Origin: Calditrichia bacterium
GTDB taxonomy: Bacteria; Calditrichota; Calditrichia; RBG-13-44-9; J075
Reading direction: 5' to 3'
DNA: 64,000 bases
NCBI GenBank assembly: GCA_050633245.1
Contig: JBOEGD010000007.1
Location: forward strand, 251,624-315,623
Shown: piece by piece, positions 21,273 through 30,209 of the stretch
How the letters are laid out: every line of letters begins with the position of its first letter
How positions within the stretch are numbered: position 1 is the first letter of the stretch
Program-made: the position numbers and the translations under genes
The notes under the pieces: generated by a model
The model's database searches: none
What the model was told of the DNA's origin: nothing
What the model saw: the letters and a program-made list of their open reading frames with translations, nothing else

Positions 21273-21953
21273 ATGAAACAACGTAAACTAAAAACTGCAT
21301 TACTAATTACCGGATTAGCCGCGATGGCGGTTATTAATGGCTGCCTGCCATCCCCTGACTATGAACCACCGGTTGTAACAATACTAAATCCTGCTCCGGA
21401 AGAAGTTGTTGCCGCGAATGATAGGATTCCGATCCTCGCTGTTGCTTCAGACGACTTCGAGCTGAAAGAAATCGTTATTCTCATTGAGGGAGTACAAGTT
21501 TTATCTACATCTGATAACCCTGCAAAACACGATTGGACTGTGGTCGCCGGAGCCGTTGGCACAGACAATCAATATCATATTGCAGCTTATGCCGTAGATG
21601 CCGAAGACCATATCGGACCTTCTGCTGTTATCGCATGTAATTTACAGGCTGCTCCCGGTGCTCCGGCCGTTGAACCGCCAACCGCCGAGATTATCGCACC
21701 AGACAATGGCGCAGTGCTGAAACGTAGCGGCGAAAGTTATCGTATCGCAGTAGACGCTTTTGACAATACCGCTGTCGAACGCGTTGAGTTTTATGCTAAC
21801 GGTCAGTTAATTGGAGAAAGCACGGAAGCTCCTTATGAGCTGAACTGGAACGTAAAGAACTCTGGAATTTCCGGCCGCGCAAATATCTTTGTGAAGGCGT
21901 TTGACAATGAAGGCTTTAGCGGATCTCATGTTACAGCAGTAACGATTCGTTAA
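21273..21953 (+). CDS. Lipoprotein with two bacterial Ig-like domains
   Basis: SD AGGAG before ATG 21273; lipobox INGC; repeats PPVVTILNP...ASDD and PPTAEIIAP...AFDN...VERVEFYANG...APYELNW. Confidence 0.8.
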   Translation: MKQRKLKTALLITGLAAMAVINGCLPSPDYEPPVVTILNPAPEEVVAANDRIPILAVASDDFELKEIVILIEGVQVLSTSDNPAKHDWTVVAGAVGTDNQYHIAAYAVDAEDHIGPSAVIACNLQAAPGAPAVEPPTAEIIAPDNGAVLKRSGESYRIAVDAFDNTAVERVEFYANGQLIGESTEAPYELNWNVKNSGISGRANIFVKAFDNEGFSGSHVTAVTIR

Positions 21954-21986
21954 GATCCTATTCTTCATTTCAATTCTTTTTATATT

Positions 21987-22020
21987 AAAAAAGCCTGCGA
22001 CACATGTCGCAGGCTTTTTT
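21987..22020. terminator. Bidirectional intrinsic terminator between convergent genes
   Basis: A6-GCCTGCGAC-ACAT-GTCGCAGGC-T6. Confidence 0.9.
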
Positions 22021-22795
22021 AATTCGCAATAATTCCAAGGCTCCTCGCCCTCATCCATCCGGACTTCCCATCGGGCAGTTCAATGCGAACCCAATCTCCA
22101 CGCTGTTCGGTTCGCCAGACCTTTACACCTTCATGCAAAAGAAACACCTCACTCCCCTGCTCACCAGGTGCACTCAGAATGTTTACCTTTGGCGTAAGCA
22201 CAATAGCATCTCGCTGATTATTCAGACGATTTGCCGTACTAATCAGCAGGATCGTTGAAAAGAATGTCATCACTGCCAGAGCAGCTAATGCGTATGCCGT
22301 TAAGCGCTCCGGAAGTTTTTCACGATAAAGCAGCCAACCAACAAGTGCAATAATGGTAAGTATATAAAGTATAGCCGTTAGCCAGGTCAACTGCGCCAAA
22401 CTAAAGGCCTTGGCCAAGCTATCCCACCAGCGATAAAAGAAAAGACGCGGCGGCTGCTGAATTCGGTCAATCACTCTGCTATTTGCCAGGTCGAGGTTAA
22501 ACTGAATTTCAGCATCACTCGGATCCAAGCGTAGCGCTTTCTCATAATAAAGCACTGCCGAACCAATTTCATCGAGCTTAAAGTAACAATTTCCAATATT
22601 ATAAAGCACTGCGCTGCCAGAATAACCGGTATCAAGAATTTTGGTATACCACTCCAGCGCTTTTTCATAATCGTTTGACCGGTAGGCGTTGTTGCCCTGC
22701 TCATAGAAGTAGTCACTACCGCTTTGTGCAAACAATCCGGCGCAAAAGATCTGTAGCAAAAGAAGAACTGCAGCTATAGTTTTTTTTATCGTCAT
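22019..22795 (-). CDS. batE: BatE-like TPR + 2TM + SH3 protein
   Basis: Signal peptide, TPRs (YNIGNCYFK...YEKALRLDP), two TMs, SH3-like LHEGVKV...WVRIELPDGKSGW; last gene of the bat operon. Confidence 0.85.
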   Translation of the reverse strand: MTIKKTIAAVLLLLQIFCAGLFAQSGSDYFYEQGNNAYRSNDYEKALEWYTKILDTGYSGSAVLYNIGNCYFKLDEIGSAVLYYEKALRLDPSDAEIQFNLDLANSRVIDRIQQPPRLFFYRWWDSLAKAFSLAQLTWLTAILYILTIIALVGWLLYREKLPERLTAYALAALAVMTFFSTILLISTANRLNNQRDAIVLTPKVNILSAPGEQGSEVFLLHEGVKVWRTEQRGDWVRIELPDGKSGWMRARSLGIIAN

Positions 22796-22796
22796 A

Positions 22797-24632
22797 TTAA
22801 AAATGCTTACCCAATTTTTCCAATAGTTCTTCTGCGCGAGAATAAAAAGCTTCTGCGCCATCTGCGCCGTCTTTGCCCGGGGCAAATCGCTTAAAATCTG
22901 CCTCATCGAGATAGGTTAGACAATCGCGAACCAACTCATCTTCTACCTTCTGTTCTCGCAACTGTCGATCGACATCATCGCGCAACAAACCCGTGGCAGA
23001 AACATTACACTTGTCGGCAACATAGCCGATAACGCCTCGCGAAGCTTCGGCGTAAAACTCCTCAAACTTCTTTTCTTCCAATAGTTGCCGGGCACCTTTT
23101 AAACGCTGACTCGCCTGCTTTAGCGCCATCTTGCGGCGTGCATACCCCACATTGGAACTCATCTTATCCTGGTGACGGCGATAGCCAAACGCACCGACAA
23201 GGCCAACAAGCGGAAGAACCAGTGCCAGCAGAAACCAAGCAGATGTATACGGTCGATGAGACTGTGGAGTCAGCGAAAGGGAACCTTCCTTAATAAAATG
23301 GATGTCTTTTCCTAATAGCCGAACTTCGGATTTCGGTACGTAGGCTGCAACACTTCCGTCAGCATTTTTTCCACGTAAAACCGAGATATCGTAAGCCGGT
23401 GTCTGTAATGACTTATAGCGTTTCTGAATTGGATCGAAGTAGCTGATGTCGAAAGATTTTATTTGATAATCTCCCGCACTTCGCGGAATAAGCACATATT
23501 CAAGTTCGCGGGCGGCGAAAAGAGTACGACCGCTGCGATTGACGACTTCTTTTACCTTGGGATCATATTCTTCAAACCCGGCCGGAAAGTCGATTGGTAA
23601 ATCAGCAGCAGACTTCAGATTTCCAGAGCCTGAAATCTTCAATTTAAGTGAAATGGCTTCATTTGCCTCAACTTCGGTCTTGTCTAATTCAGAGGTAATG
23701 CTAAACGATCCTACCAACCCGGTAAAGCTCTCCGGCTTGTTGGCTGAGGGAAGCGATTTCACATTGATTTTCACTGAGCGCGTTGTCAGCACCTTTCGAA
23801 CGGCTTTTCCAAAGGGATCGTCGAAAAAATTATCGAAAAGATCGAATGGGTCTCTGCGTTTACGTCGATTAATTACATTTACCTGCAGCTGCATGGGAGA
23901 GATCGCAAGTTCACCGGCCTTAGTTGGAAAGATCGCCATTCTCTTTAGCTCTGCAACATTATACTGAACGCCATCAATGGTTTCCTGGCTTACCGGCACT
24001 TCCTTGGGAGAATCGAATTCCTCAACCCAAAAACCTACCGTCTCAGGCAATTTAAGAAATTCAGGGCTACGAACCGGGGAGCGGAAGTAGAGTTTATAGC
24101 TCAACGTCACCTGCTCATTTACATAGGCAGTTCGCTTCGAAGGAATGGCGCGCAAAAACACGCTGTTTGCAGGTTGAGATGTTCTCCCGCTGGTATTCGG
24201 CGTAGCGCCAGCCTGAGGCGGCGCGCCAACAGACTCTTTTACGGTTACGGTCAGAGGCTTACTGCTAAATTTTTTACCCTGATAAACAGCTGACACTGCC
24301 GGTATAGTGAACGTCCCGAGATTTTTCGGCATCAGCGTAAAGGAATAGCTCTTACTGGCGCTCATTGCACCATTTAAGATGCGATAATTTGTAGACGTTG
24401 ACGGTCCGGCGAGAATGCGGAAATCTTCCCAAACCGGCAGTTGTGGAGACGGTAAGTTCTGAGTGTTTCCACTAACCTCCACGCGTAAGTTGAACTGATC
24501 GTTTAATCCAATGGGATTGCGATCGACGGTCAGCTTAACGTTTATAGTTTGCCCTGCCAGAAGTATCGGCATGAACAAAACGCCACACATTAACACTGTT
24601 GATATAAACTTCAAGTTCACTATGTTTTTCAT
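22797..24632 (-). CDS. batD: BatD family protein
   Basis: Signal peptide, three Ig-like BatD repeats (AYVNEQVTLSYKLY, AIFPTKAGEL, FTGLVGSF), C-terminal TM and helical domain. Confidence 0.88.
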   Translation of the reverse strand: MKNIVNLKFISTVLMCGVLFMPILLAGQTINVKLTVDRNPIGLNDQFNLRVEVSGNTQNLPSPQLPVWEDFRILAGPSTSTNYRILNGAMSASKSYSFTLMPKNLGTFTIPAVSAVYQGKKFSSKPLTVTVKESVGAPPQAGATPNTSGRTSQPANSVFLRAIPSKRTAYVNEQVTLSYKLYFRSPVRSPEFLKLPETVGFWVEEFDSPKEVPVSQETIDGVQYNVAELKRMAIFPTKAGELAISPMQLQVNVINRRKRRDPFDLFDNFFDDPFGKAVRKVLTTRSVKINVKSLPSANKPESFTGLVGSFSITSELDKTEVEANEAISLKLKISGSGNLKSAADLPIDFPAGFEEYDPKVKEVVNRSGRTLFAARELEYVLIPRSAGDYQIKSFDISYFDPIQKRYKSLQTPAYDISVLRGKNADGSVAAYVPKSEVRLLGKDIHFIKEGSLSLTPQSHRPYTSAWFLLALVLPLVGLVGAFGYRRHQDKMSSNVGYARRKMALKQASQRLKGARQLLEEKKFEEFYAEASRGVIGYVADKCNVSATGLLRDDVDRQLREQKVEDELVRDCLTYLDEADFKRFAPGKDGADGAEAFYSRAEELLEKLGKHF

Positions 24633-24636
24633 TCTA

Positions 24637-25191
24637 TTACCAGTCTTTTGCAACTTTTCCCTTAGCACGACCTTTTGGCTTGCGAAGGTTTTTGTTCTCT
24701 TTCTCTTTGCTGCGAAGCGCTTGCAAGATGCGTTCAGCTTCTTCTTTTGAGATTTCCTTCTTCTCTTCTTCCGCAGGTTGAGGCTTAGGCTGCTGCTCTT
24801 TATCCTGCTTTTCTTTATCCTGCTGCTCCTGATCTTGTTGCTCTTGCTCTTTTTGTTCCTGTTCTTTTTGCTCTTGTTCCTGCTGTTCCTGATCCTGCTG
24901 TTCCTGATCTTGCTGTTCCTGTTTTTCTTGTTTTTCTTGTTCCTGCTGCTCCTGATTTTGTTGTTGCTGCTGTTTTTCCTGCTCTTCTTTCAGCTTCTCA
25001 TAAAGAGTTCGCAGTTCAGGATGTTCCGGTTCGAGAGCTAATCCAAGCTCAACCGAAGTTAGAGCATCAGCAATATTGCCACCAATATAAGCCTGTGCCC
25101 CGGTATGATAAAGCGTATTCGCATCTTCTGCTATAAGCGATAGAGGAAAGGCAAGGAGCAATACAAAGAAAAAAGTTATCAATTTTTTCAT
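24637..25191 (-). CDS. Secreted Gln/Glu-rich protein resembling the C-terminal half of BatC
   Basis: Signal peptide, one TPR-like hairpin, QEQQD/QEQKE pentapeptide repeats, ISKEEAERILQAL and terminal KDW. Confidence 0.75.
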   Translation of the reverse strand: MKKLITFFFVLLLAFPLSLIAEDANTLYHTGAQAYIGGNIADALTSVELGLALEPEHPELRTLYEKLKEEQEKQQQQQNQEQQEQEKQEKQEQQDQEQQDQEQQEQEQKEQEQKEQEQQDQEQQDKEKQDKEQQPKPQPAEEEKKEISKEEAERILQALRSKEKENKNLRKPKGRAKGKVAKDW

Positions 25192-25868
25192 AGTGGATTC
25201 CCTATATCTACAACCGTTTTTATGCGATCGATAAACTGTTGATATGCCGAAACGGTCTGATCTTTTTCGAGTCCTTTAGACATTAAGTCATGAGCCTGTG
25301 GATACATGCGCATGGTAACAAGATTTTCTGCCTGTGCTTTGAGTTGCTTTGCATACTCAGAAGGCTTTACCTTCTCTTCATCCTTATTCTTATCCTGCTG
25401 CTGTTCTTTATCAGACTTTTCTTTCAGCTTGGCGCGGATTAATTCCAGATTATACTTTGCATCGACATCATCGGGGTTAAGTTCCAGGGCTTTTTTATAG
25501 GCATCAATGGATTCCTTGTACTTTTCCATTTTTGCCTGAACGTTCCCAATATTGTAATACGTATGCTGCTGTAATTCAATATCATCCGTAACCAGTGCCT
25601 TTTTAAGGGACTCAAGTGATTGCTCATAATTATCCTGCTTAAAAAATGTTGCGCCTAAATTATAGTGAATTTGCGGATTCTCAGGATCCGTCTTCAGCGC
25701 TTCCTGAAAGTTTGCCTGGGCTTGTGCCCAGTTTTGGCTTTTGTAGGCAGCGAGACCACGTTCAACCGCTTCTCTGTCTGCCAAAGCGCTACTCAGCATT
25801 CCACTTATCAATAGAAGGCCTAAAACAAGCTGCGGCATTCTGCACAGGCTCAATAGTCTTTTAGTCAT
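25188..25868 (-). CDS. TPR protein resembling the N-terminal half of BatC
   Basis: Signal peptide; TPRs HYNLGATFFK, YYNIGNV, YKKALELNPDDVDAKYNLE. Confidence 0.85.
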   Translation of the reverse strand: MTKRLLSLCRMPQLVLGLLLISGMLSSALADREAVERGLAAYKSQNWAQAQANFQEALKTDPENPQIHYNLGATFFKQDNYEQSLESLKKALVTDDIELQQHTYYNIGNVQAKMEKYKESIDAYKKALELNPDDVDAKYNLELIRAKLKEKSDKEQQQDKNKDEEKVKPSEYAKQLKAQAENLVTMRMYPQAHDLMSKGLEKDQTVSAYQQFIDRIKTVVDIGNPL

Positions 25869-26887
25869 GATTTTACGCTCCGCTTTTGACGTCTGCGCTC
25901 GGTAAAAACAGCTTCAATCAGCAGTATGAGAAGCGCAATAGCCAGAACAATCTGAAATCGATCCTCGAACTGTGTGAACTCCCTGGAAGACAGTTCCTTT
26001 TTTTCCATACCTGCAATTTCATTAAAGATTCGAGCAAGCTCGGTGTTTCCAGTGCTCGCAACAAAAAATTGTCCACCGGTAGCAAAAGCAATTTTTTCCA
26101 GCGTTTCCACATCAAGCCGAGTTGTTACAATTTGTCCGGTATTATCCTTCAGATAGCCAATTCGTCTGCCACGGCGGTCATATTCTGGAATCGGTGCACC
26201 CTGGGGAGAGCCAATTCCGATAGTATAGATTACCATTCCAGCCTGAGCCGCCTCTTCTGCAATGGCAACCGGATCACCTTCGTGGTCTTCACCATCGGTT
26301 ATTAAAACGAGCACCTTGTGCTTCAGTTCCTTTTTCACAAAAGCTTCTGAGGCCGTGTTGATCGCTTCGGAAACCGCTGTTCCAGGCTGGGGAATGTCCC
26401 CTACTTCCACATCACTCAAAAAGAGCTTTGCAGCGCTATAATCAAGCGTTAATGGGCATTGTACAAACGCCAACCCGGAGAACGTAATCAATCCCACACG
26501 ATCCCCGGCGAGTTTATCAATAAATCGGGATATTTCATGTTTGGCCTTTTCAAAACGATTCGGGGCAATGTCCTCTGCGAGCATGCTTTTGGATATATCC
26601 AGCGCAATGAACACATCAATGCCTTCGCGCTTCACCTCTTCAAACCGCGTCCCAACCTGGGGATTAATCAGAGCTAAGATTAATAGGCCAATTGCCAGAA
26701 ACAGCAAGATTTGTTTCCAGATTTGACGCGTTTGGCTTACGCCGTTCATCAATCGCTCAACGAGTTCAGCGTCACCAAGTCTGGCAATCAGACTCTTTTT
26801 ATAGCGCCACGCCCAAACCAGAAAGACGCCGAGCAGTGGCAGCAGCCAGTAGAGGTGAAGGAAAAATGGATTTGCTATTCGTAACAT
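25865..26887 (-). CDS. batB: VWA-domain membrane protein BatB
   Basis: BatA-type N-terminal TMs, MIDAS DISKS, ITDGEDHE, PLTLDY. Confidence 0.9.
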   Translation of the reverse strand: MLRIANPFFLHLYWLLPLLGVFLVWAWRYKKSLIARLGDAELVERLMNGVSQTRQIWKQILLFLAIGLLILALINPQVGTRFEEVKREGIDVFIALDISKSMLAEDIAPNRFEKAKHEISRFIDKLAGDRVGLITFSGLAFVQCPLTLDYSAAKLFLSDVEVGDIPQPGTAVSEAINTASEAFVKKELKHKVLVLITDGEDHEGDPVAIAEEAAQAGMVIYTIGIGSPQGAPIPEYDRRGRRIGYLKDNTGQIVTTRLDVETLEKIAFATGGQFFVASTGNTELARIFNEIAGMEKKELSSREFTQFEDRFQIVLAIALLILLIEAVFTERRRQKRSVKS

Positions 26888-26941
26888 TGAACTATCAATT
26901 TATGATTTATTAGCGGTTCATTTACTATTTAGCTACAGACC

Positions 26942-27075
26942 GTGATCGGTGATCGGTGATCGGTGATCGGTGATCGGTGATCGGAATTTATTGTTTGGCA
27001 AGAGCATGCACCAGTTTAAGATTTTTCATTGCCCATTGCCCATTGCCCATTGCCCATTGCCCATTGCCCGTTACA
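26942..27075 (+). repeat. Two opposed heptamer arrays: (GTGATCG)x6 at 26942-26983 and (CATTGCC)x6 at 27027-27068 plus a degenerate unit
   Basis: Read directly from the batA-batB intergenic sequence. Confidence 0.97.
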
Positions 27076-27081
27076 CGTTGT

Positions 27082-28071
27082 CTAGGGTATCTTACGCAAC
27101 CAGGTGTTTGCCAAAATCAGCTCCAGCAGGAGCAACCCCAAAGCAGCAAGGATAAAATTAACAAACAGCTCTTCGTAGCGCGTGAATTCTTTTACTTCGA
27201 TCTTTGTTTTCTCCAGCTCGCCAATTTGATCATAAATATCGCGCAGAGCCGTAGTATTGGTCGCACGAAAATACTGCCCGCCGGTAATGGTCGCAATCCG
27301 CGTTAACAATTCTTCATCAATCTCTACTTTTACCGGAACATAGCGCTTGCCAAAAAATGGATCATCAACCGGGACCATTGCCGTGCCTTTTGTTCCGGCA
27401 CCAATCGTATAGACTCGAATATTGTAGGTATTAGCGACCTGAGCAGCAGTAACCGGATCAATTTCACCCGCATTGTTTTCGCCGTCGGTCAGCATAATAA
27501 CCACTTTGCTGGTGGCCTTACTATCCTTCAAGCGTGCAACGGCTGTGGCCAAGCCATTTCCGATAGCTGTGCCATCCCACTCACGTGGTGCAGTTTCCGT
27601 CTTATCTAATATTTCCTGCAACACACCATAGTCGAGCGTTAATGGACACTGGCTGAATGCCTCGCCGGCAAAAATAACAAGCCCAATCGGATCGTCTCGG
27701 CGCCCGGCAATAAACTCACCTGCGACTGTTCTGGCAGCAGCCAATCGATTCTTCGGCTTAAAATCTTCTGCAAGCATCGATGTGCTCACGTCAATCACCA
27801 TCATAATATCTATGCCTTCTGTCAACACCTCTTCCTGCTTGCTGCCAGACTGTGGACGTGCAATGCCCAAAATCACCAGCGTAACTGCCGCCAGCCTCAG
27901 CAATGGAAGGTATCGCCGGAGAATTTGGCGCAGGGATGCGGGTATCTGCTTAAGATGCCGTAAGGTAGAGAACTTCATTTGTCCACCCGGGCGACGACGC
28001 CAGTAATAAACGACCAGCAAAGGCAGCAGTGCCAGTAGCGCAAGATACTCGGGATTTGCAAATCTAAACAT
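27082..28071 (-). CDS. batA: VWA-domain membrane protein BatA
   Basis: MFRFANP, MIDAS DVSTS, GTAIGNGL, LTDGENNAGEIDP, TGGQYFRAT. Confidence 0.92.
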   Translation of the reverse strand: MFRFANPEYLALLALLPLLVVYYWRRRPGGQMKFSTLRHLKQIPASLRQILRRYLPLLRLAAVTLVILGIARPQSGSKQEEVLTEGIDIMMVIDVSTSMLAEDFKPKNRLAAARTVAGEFIAGRRDDPIGLVIFAGEAFSQCPLTLDYGVLQEILDKTETAPREWDGTAIGNGLATAVARLKDSKATSKVVIMLTDGENNAGEIDPVTAAQVANTYNIRVYTIGAGTKGTAMVPVDDPFFGKRYVPVKVEIDEELLTRIATITGGQYFRATNTTALRDIYDQIGELEKTKIEVKEFTRYEELFVNFILAALGLLLLELILANTWLRKIP

Positions 28072-28201
28072 AGCGCATTATGAATTTATGATTTATTAAT
28101 GATGATTTATTAGTAACTACTCAGAAAAGGACAGTAAGAACTTGCCCTATTCACGTTTAGAACACACAAACCTTCGACAATAACCAGTTCGCACATTCTG
28201 T

Positions 28202-28223
28202 CTTCGACTGCGCTCAGCCTGAC
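28202..28223. repeat. Single REP-like element CTTCGACTGCGCTCAGCCTGAC
   Basis: From memory, resembles the GTCA..CTGAGCG.AGTCGAAG repeat family of Bacteroidota-like genomes. Only one copy is in the window. Confidence 0.45.
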
Positions 28224-28244
28224 GCGGAATAATGTCTTGCCTTC

Positions 28245-29228
28245 TTACCTCTCGCTACTTGCCTCGGCTTCGCCCTCTGAATCTTCAACAACTTCCATAC
28301 GCTCAACTGCCTCAAATTCCAGCATTGTTCTTTCAATAAAGGCGCGCACCAATTTCACGGTGTCTTGCGTTTGCGGTTCCGATGGAACAAATTTGGCAAA
28401 CTTAACCAGATCGCAATTTGTAAGTGACTTTTGCAGATATTCGATATCATCTGCTGAAAGGTCGGCATCATTCATCGAGTTCAACAGTTCGCCCGTCGTT
28501 TCTTCCATCGCTTTGATGTAATAGCGTCCTTCAACATAACGTCGTAGAATATCAGACAGCATGGTAAAGAAACTTTTATGCTGCATATTTTCCAGCAGAT
28601 CGCTCTGTATAAGCGTATCTAACTCTTCCAGTGCAATCTCATGCGCCGGACGAATAACTTCTTTGCGAAATACGGGACCTTCGCCATTTTGCTTTCGATA
28701 ATACCACCAATTACCAAATGCTAGTCCGGCAATTAGCAGCAGACCGCCGACTATAAGCAGCCACTTTAGCCAATCACCGGGCAAATTAAACGGTGGTTTA
28801 ATGTCTCGGAGCTCAATATCGCCTTCTTTCAGAATACTCTCTACATAAATTTCCAGCGGCTCGGAGGTGATAAATTGTTGCTGGCTATCAGGGGACATAA
28901 ATGCAATAGGAAATGGAGGAATAACGTATGTGCCGGTATCAAAAACAGAAATGGTATAAGTAAACATTTCTCTTACCCGACCATCTTTGACCAACGGCTC
29001 TGCTACGGAATAGTCTTTAATCTCGAACGAGCCAAGATTTGCAGCATCACCCGGTGTTCGAATATCGAGGTTCTCGGCACGGTCGATCACCAGAGAATAG
29101 ACGATGCGATCACCAATCGTAATTCGATTGCGGTCGACCGCGGCATCTACCTCAATCAGCGACTGTCCTACCAGAGGAAGAATGCTGATAATGGCGAGCA
29201 GCAAAAGATGTAGCCGTTTTAAATTCAT
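28245..29228 (-). CDS. Bat-operon membrane protein (BatD-like Ig domain + TM + helical C-domain)
   Basis: Signal peptide, VDRNRITIGDRI, FDTGTYVIPP, LRDIKPP, TM, PAHEIAL...DLVKFAK. Confidence 0.8.
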   Translation of the reverse strand: MNLKRLHLLLLAIISILPLVGQSLIEVDAAVDRNRITIGDRIVYSLVIDRAENLDIRTPGDAANLGSFEIKDYSVAEPLVKDGRVREMFTYTISVFDTGTYVIPPFPIAFMSPDSQQQFITSEPLEIYVESILKEGDIELRDIKPPFNLPGDWLKWLLIVGGLLLIAGLAFGNWWYYRKQNGEGPVFRKEVIRPAHEIALEELDTLIQSDLLENMQHKSFFTMLSDILRRYVEGRYYIKAMEETTGELLNSMNDADLSADDIEYLQKSLTNCDLVKFAKFVPSEPQTQDTVKLVRAFIERTMLEFEAVERMEVVEDSEGEAEASSER

Positions 29229-29241
29229 TCTTTTAAGCAGC

Positions 29242-30135
29242 CTAACGCACTCGTTTCGAACGCATTTTAAAAAAATGCGTCAATGGCTTCACATAGGATT
29301 TATCTGTATAGATGTCAATATAGTCCATACCTATTGAGCGAAAGAACTTCTCAAGGCGCATTTTCTCACGCGATGTATTTTGGGCAATCCCGTCACGCAC
29401 CGAACGCACAGACGTGTCTATCAGGCGAATTTCGCCCGTCTCCAAGTCTTCCAATTCCAGCAATCCGACCGATGGAAGTGCTTCCTCCAGCGGATCAATG
29501 ATGTGTACGCCGACCAAATCGTGTCGCTTATTGGCGATTTGCAGATCCTTTTCAAACGCGTCATCCAAAAAGTCGCTAATCAGAAAAACCGTGGCGCGAC
29601 GCTTTTGAATTTGGTTCAAATATTCCAAGGCAACAGCAATATCGGTTTTGGTCGCGCGCTTATGTGCTTCATCGTATTCCACAAAAAGCAGTTCACGAAT
29701 AACGCGCAGCACGTGTTGGCGTCCTTTTCGCGGAGGAACAAATTTATCAATGGTGTCGCTGAATATAATCAGCCCAACCTTGTCATTATTCTTTATCGCA
29801 GAAGATGCCAGAAGAGCGGCAATTTCCGTAGCAATTAGACCTTTCATATTGCCGCGACTGCCAAAGACTTCCGAAGAGCTGCTATCAAACAGAATCATTA
29901 CCGTTAACTCGCGTTCCTCCTCGAAAATTTTCACGAACGGATGATTCATGCGCGCCGATACGTTCCAGTCTATCGTACGCACGTCATCTCCAGCCTGATA
30001 CTCCCGCACCTCGGAAAACTCCATACCACGCCCTTTGAAGACGGAATGATATTCTCCGGCAAACACCTCGTTCACAACGCCACGAATGCTCAGCTCAATC
30101 TGACGGACTTTTTTTAGAAGCTCTTTGGTTTCCAT
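29242..30135 (-). CDS. DUF58 domain protein
   Basis: GEYHSVFKGRGMEFSEVREYQAGDDVRTIDWNVSAR, FEEEREL, ISDFLD. Confidence 0.95.
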   Translation of the reverse strand: METKELLKKVRQIELSIRGVVNEVFAGEYHSVFKGRGMEFSEVREYQAGDDVRTIDWNVSARMNHPFVKIFEEERELTVMILFDSSSSEVFGSRGNMKGLIATEIAALLASSAIKNNDKVGLIIFSDTIDKFVPPRKGRQHVLRVIRELLFVEYDEAHKRATKTDIAVALEYLNQIQKRRATVFLISDFLDDAFEKDLQIANKRHDLVGVHIIDPLEEALPSVGLLELEDLETGEIRLIDTSVRSVRDGIAQNTSREKMRLEKFFRSIGMDYIDIYTDKSYVKPLTHFFKMRSKRVR

Positions 30136-30139
30136 ATAC

Positions 30140-30208
30140 CATTGATGATTGATGATTGATGATTGATGATTTAGTAATTCATAACTAATAATTCATAATT
30201 CATCAATG
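30140..30208 (+). repeat. Opposed heptamer arrays (ATTGATG)x4 and (AATTCAT-like)x4
   Basis: Fills the MoxR-DUF58 intergenic space; the termini CATTGATGA/TCATCAATG are a perfect inverted repeat. Confidence 0.93.
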
Positions 30209-30209
30209 T

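Noticed and set aside
24778-25041. Leu/Phe-rich 87-aa apparent membrane peptide
   Set aside because: It is the antisense reading of the Gln/Glu/Lys repeat tract.
26970-27306. ORFs with IAHCPLP repeats
   Set aside because: They are translations of the CATTGCC heptamer array and overlap batA on the opposite strand.
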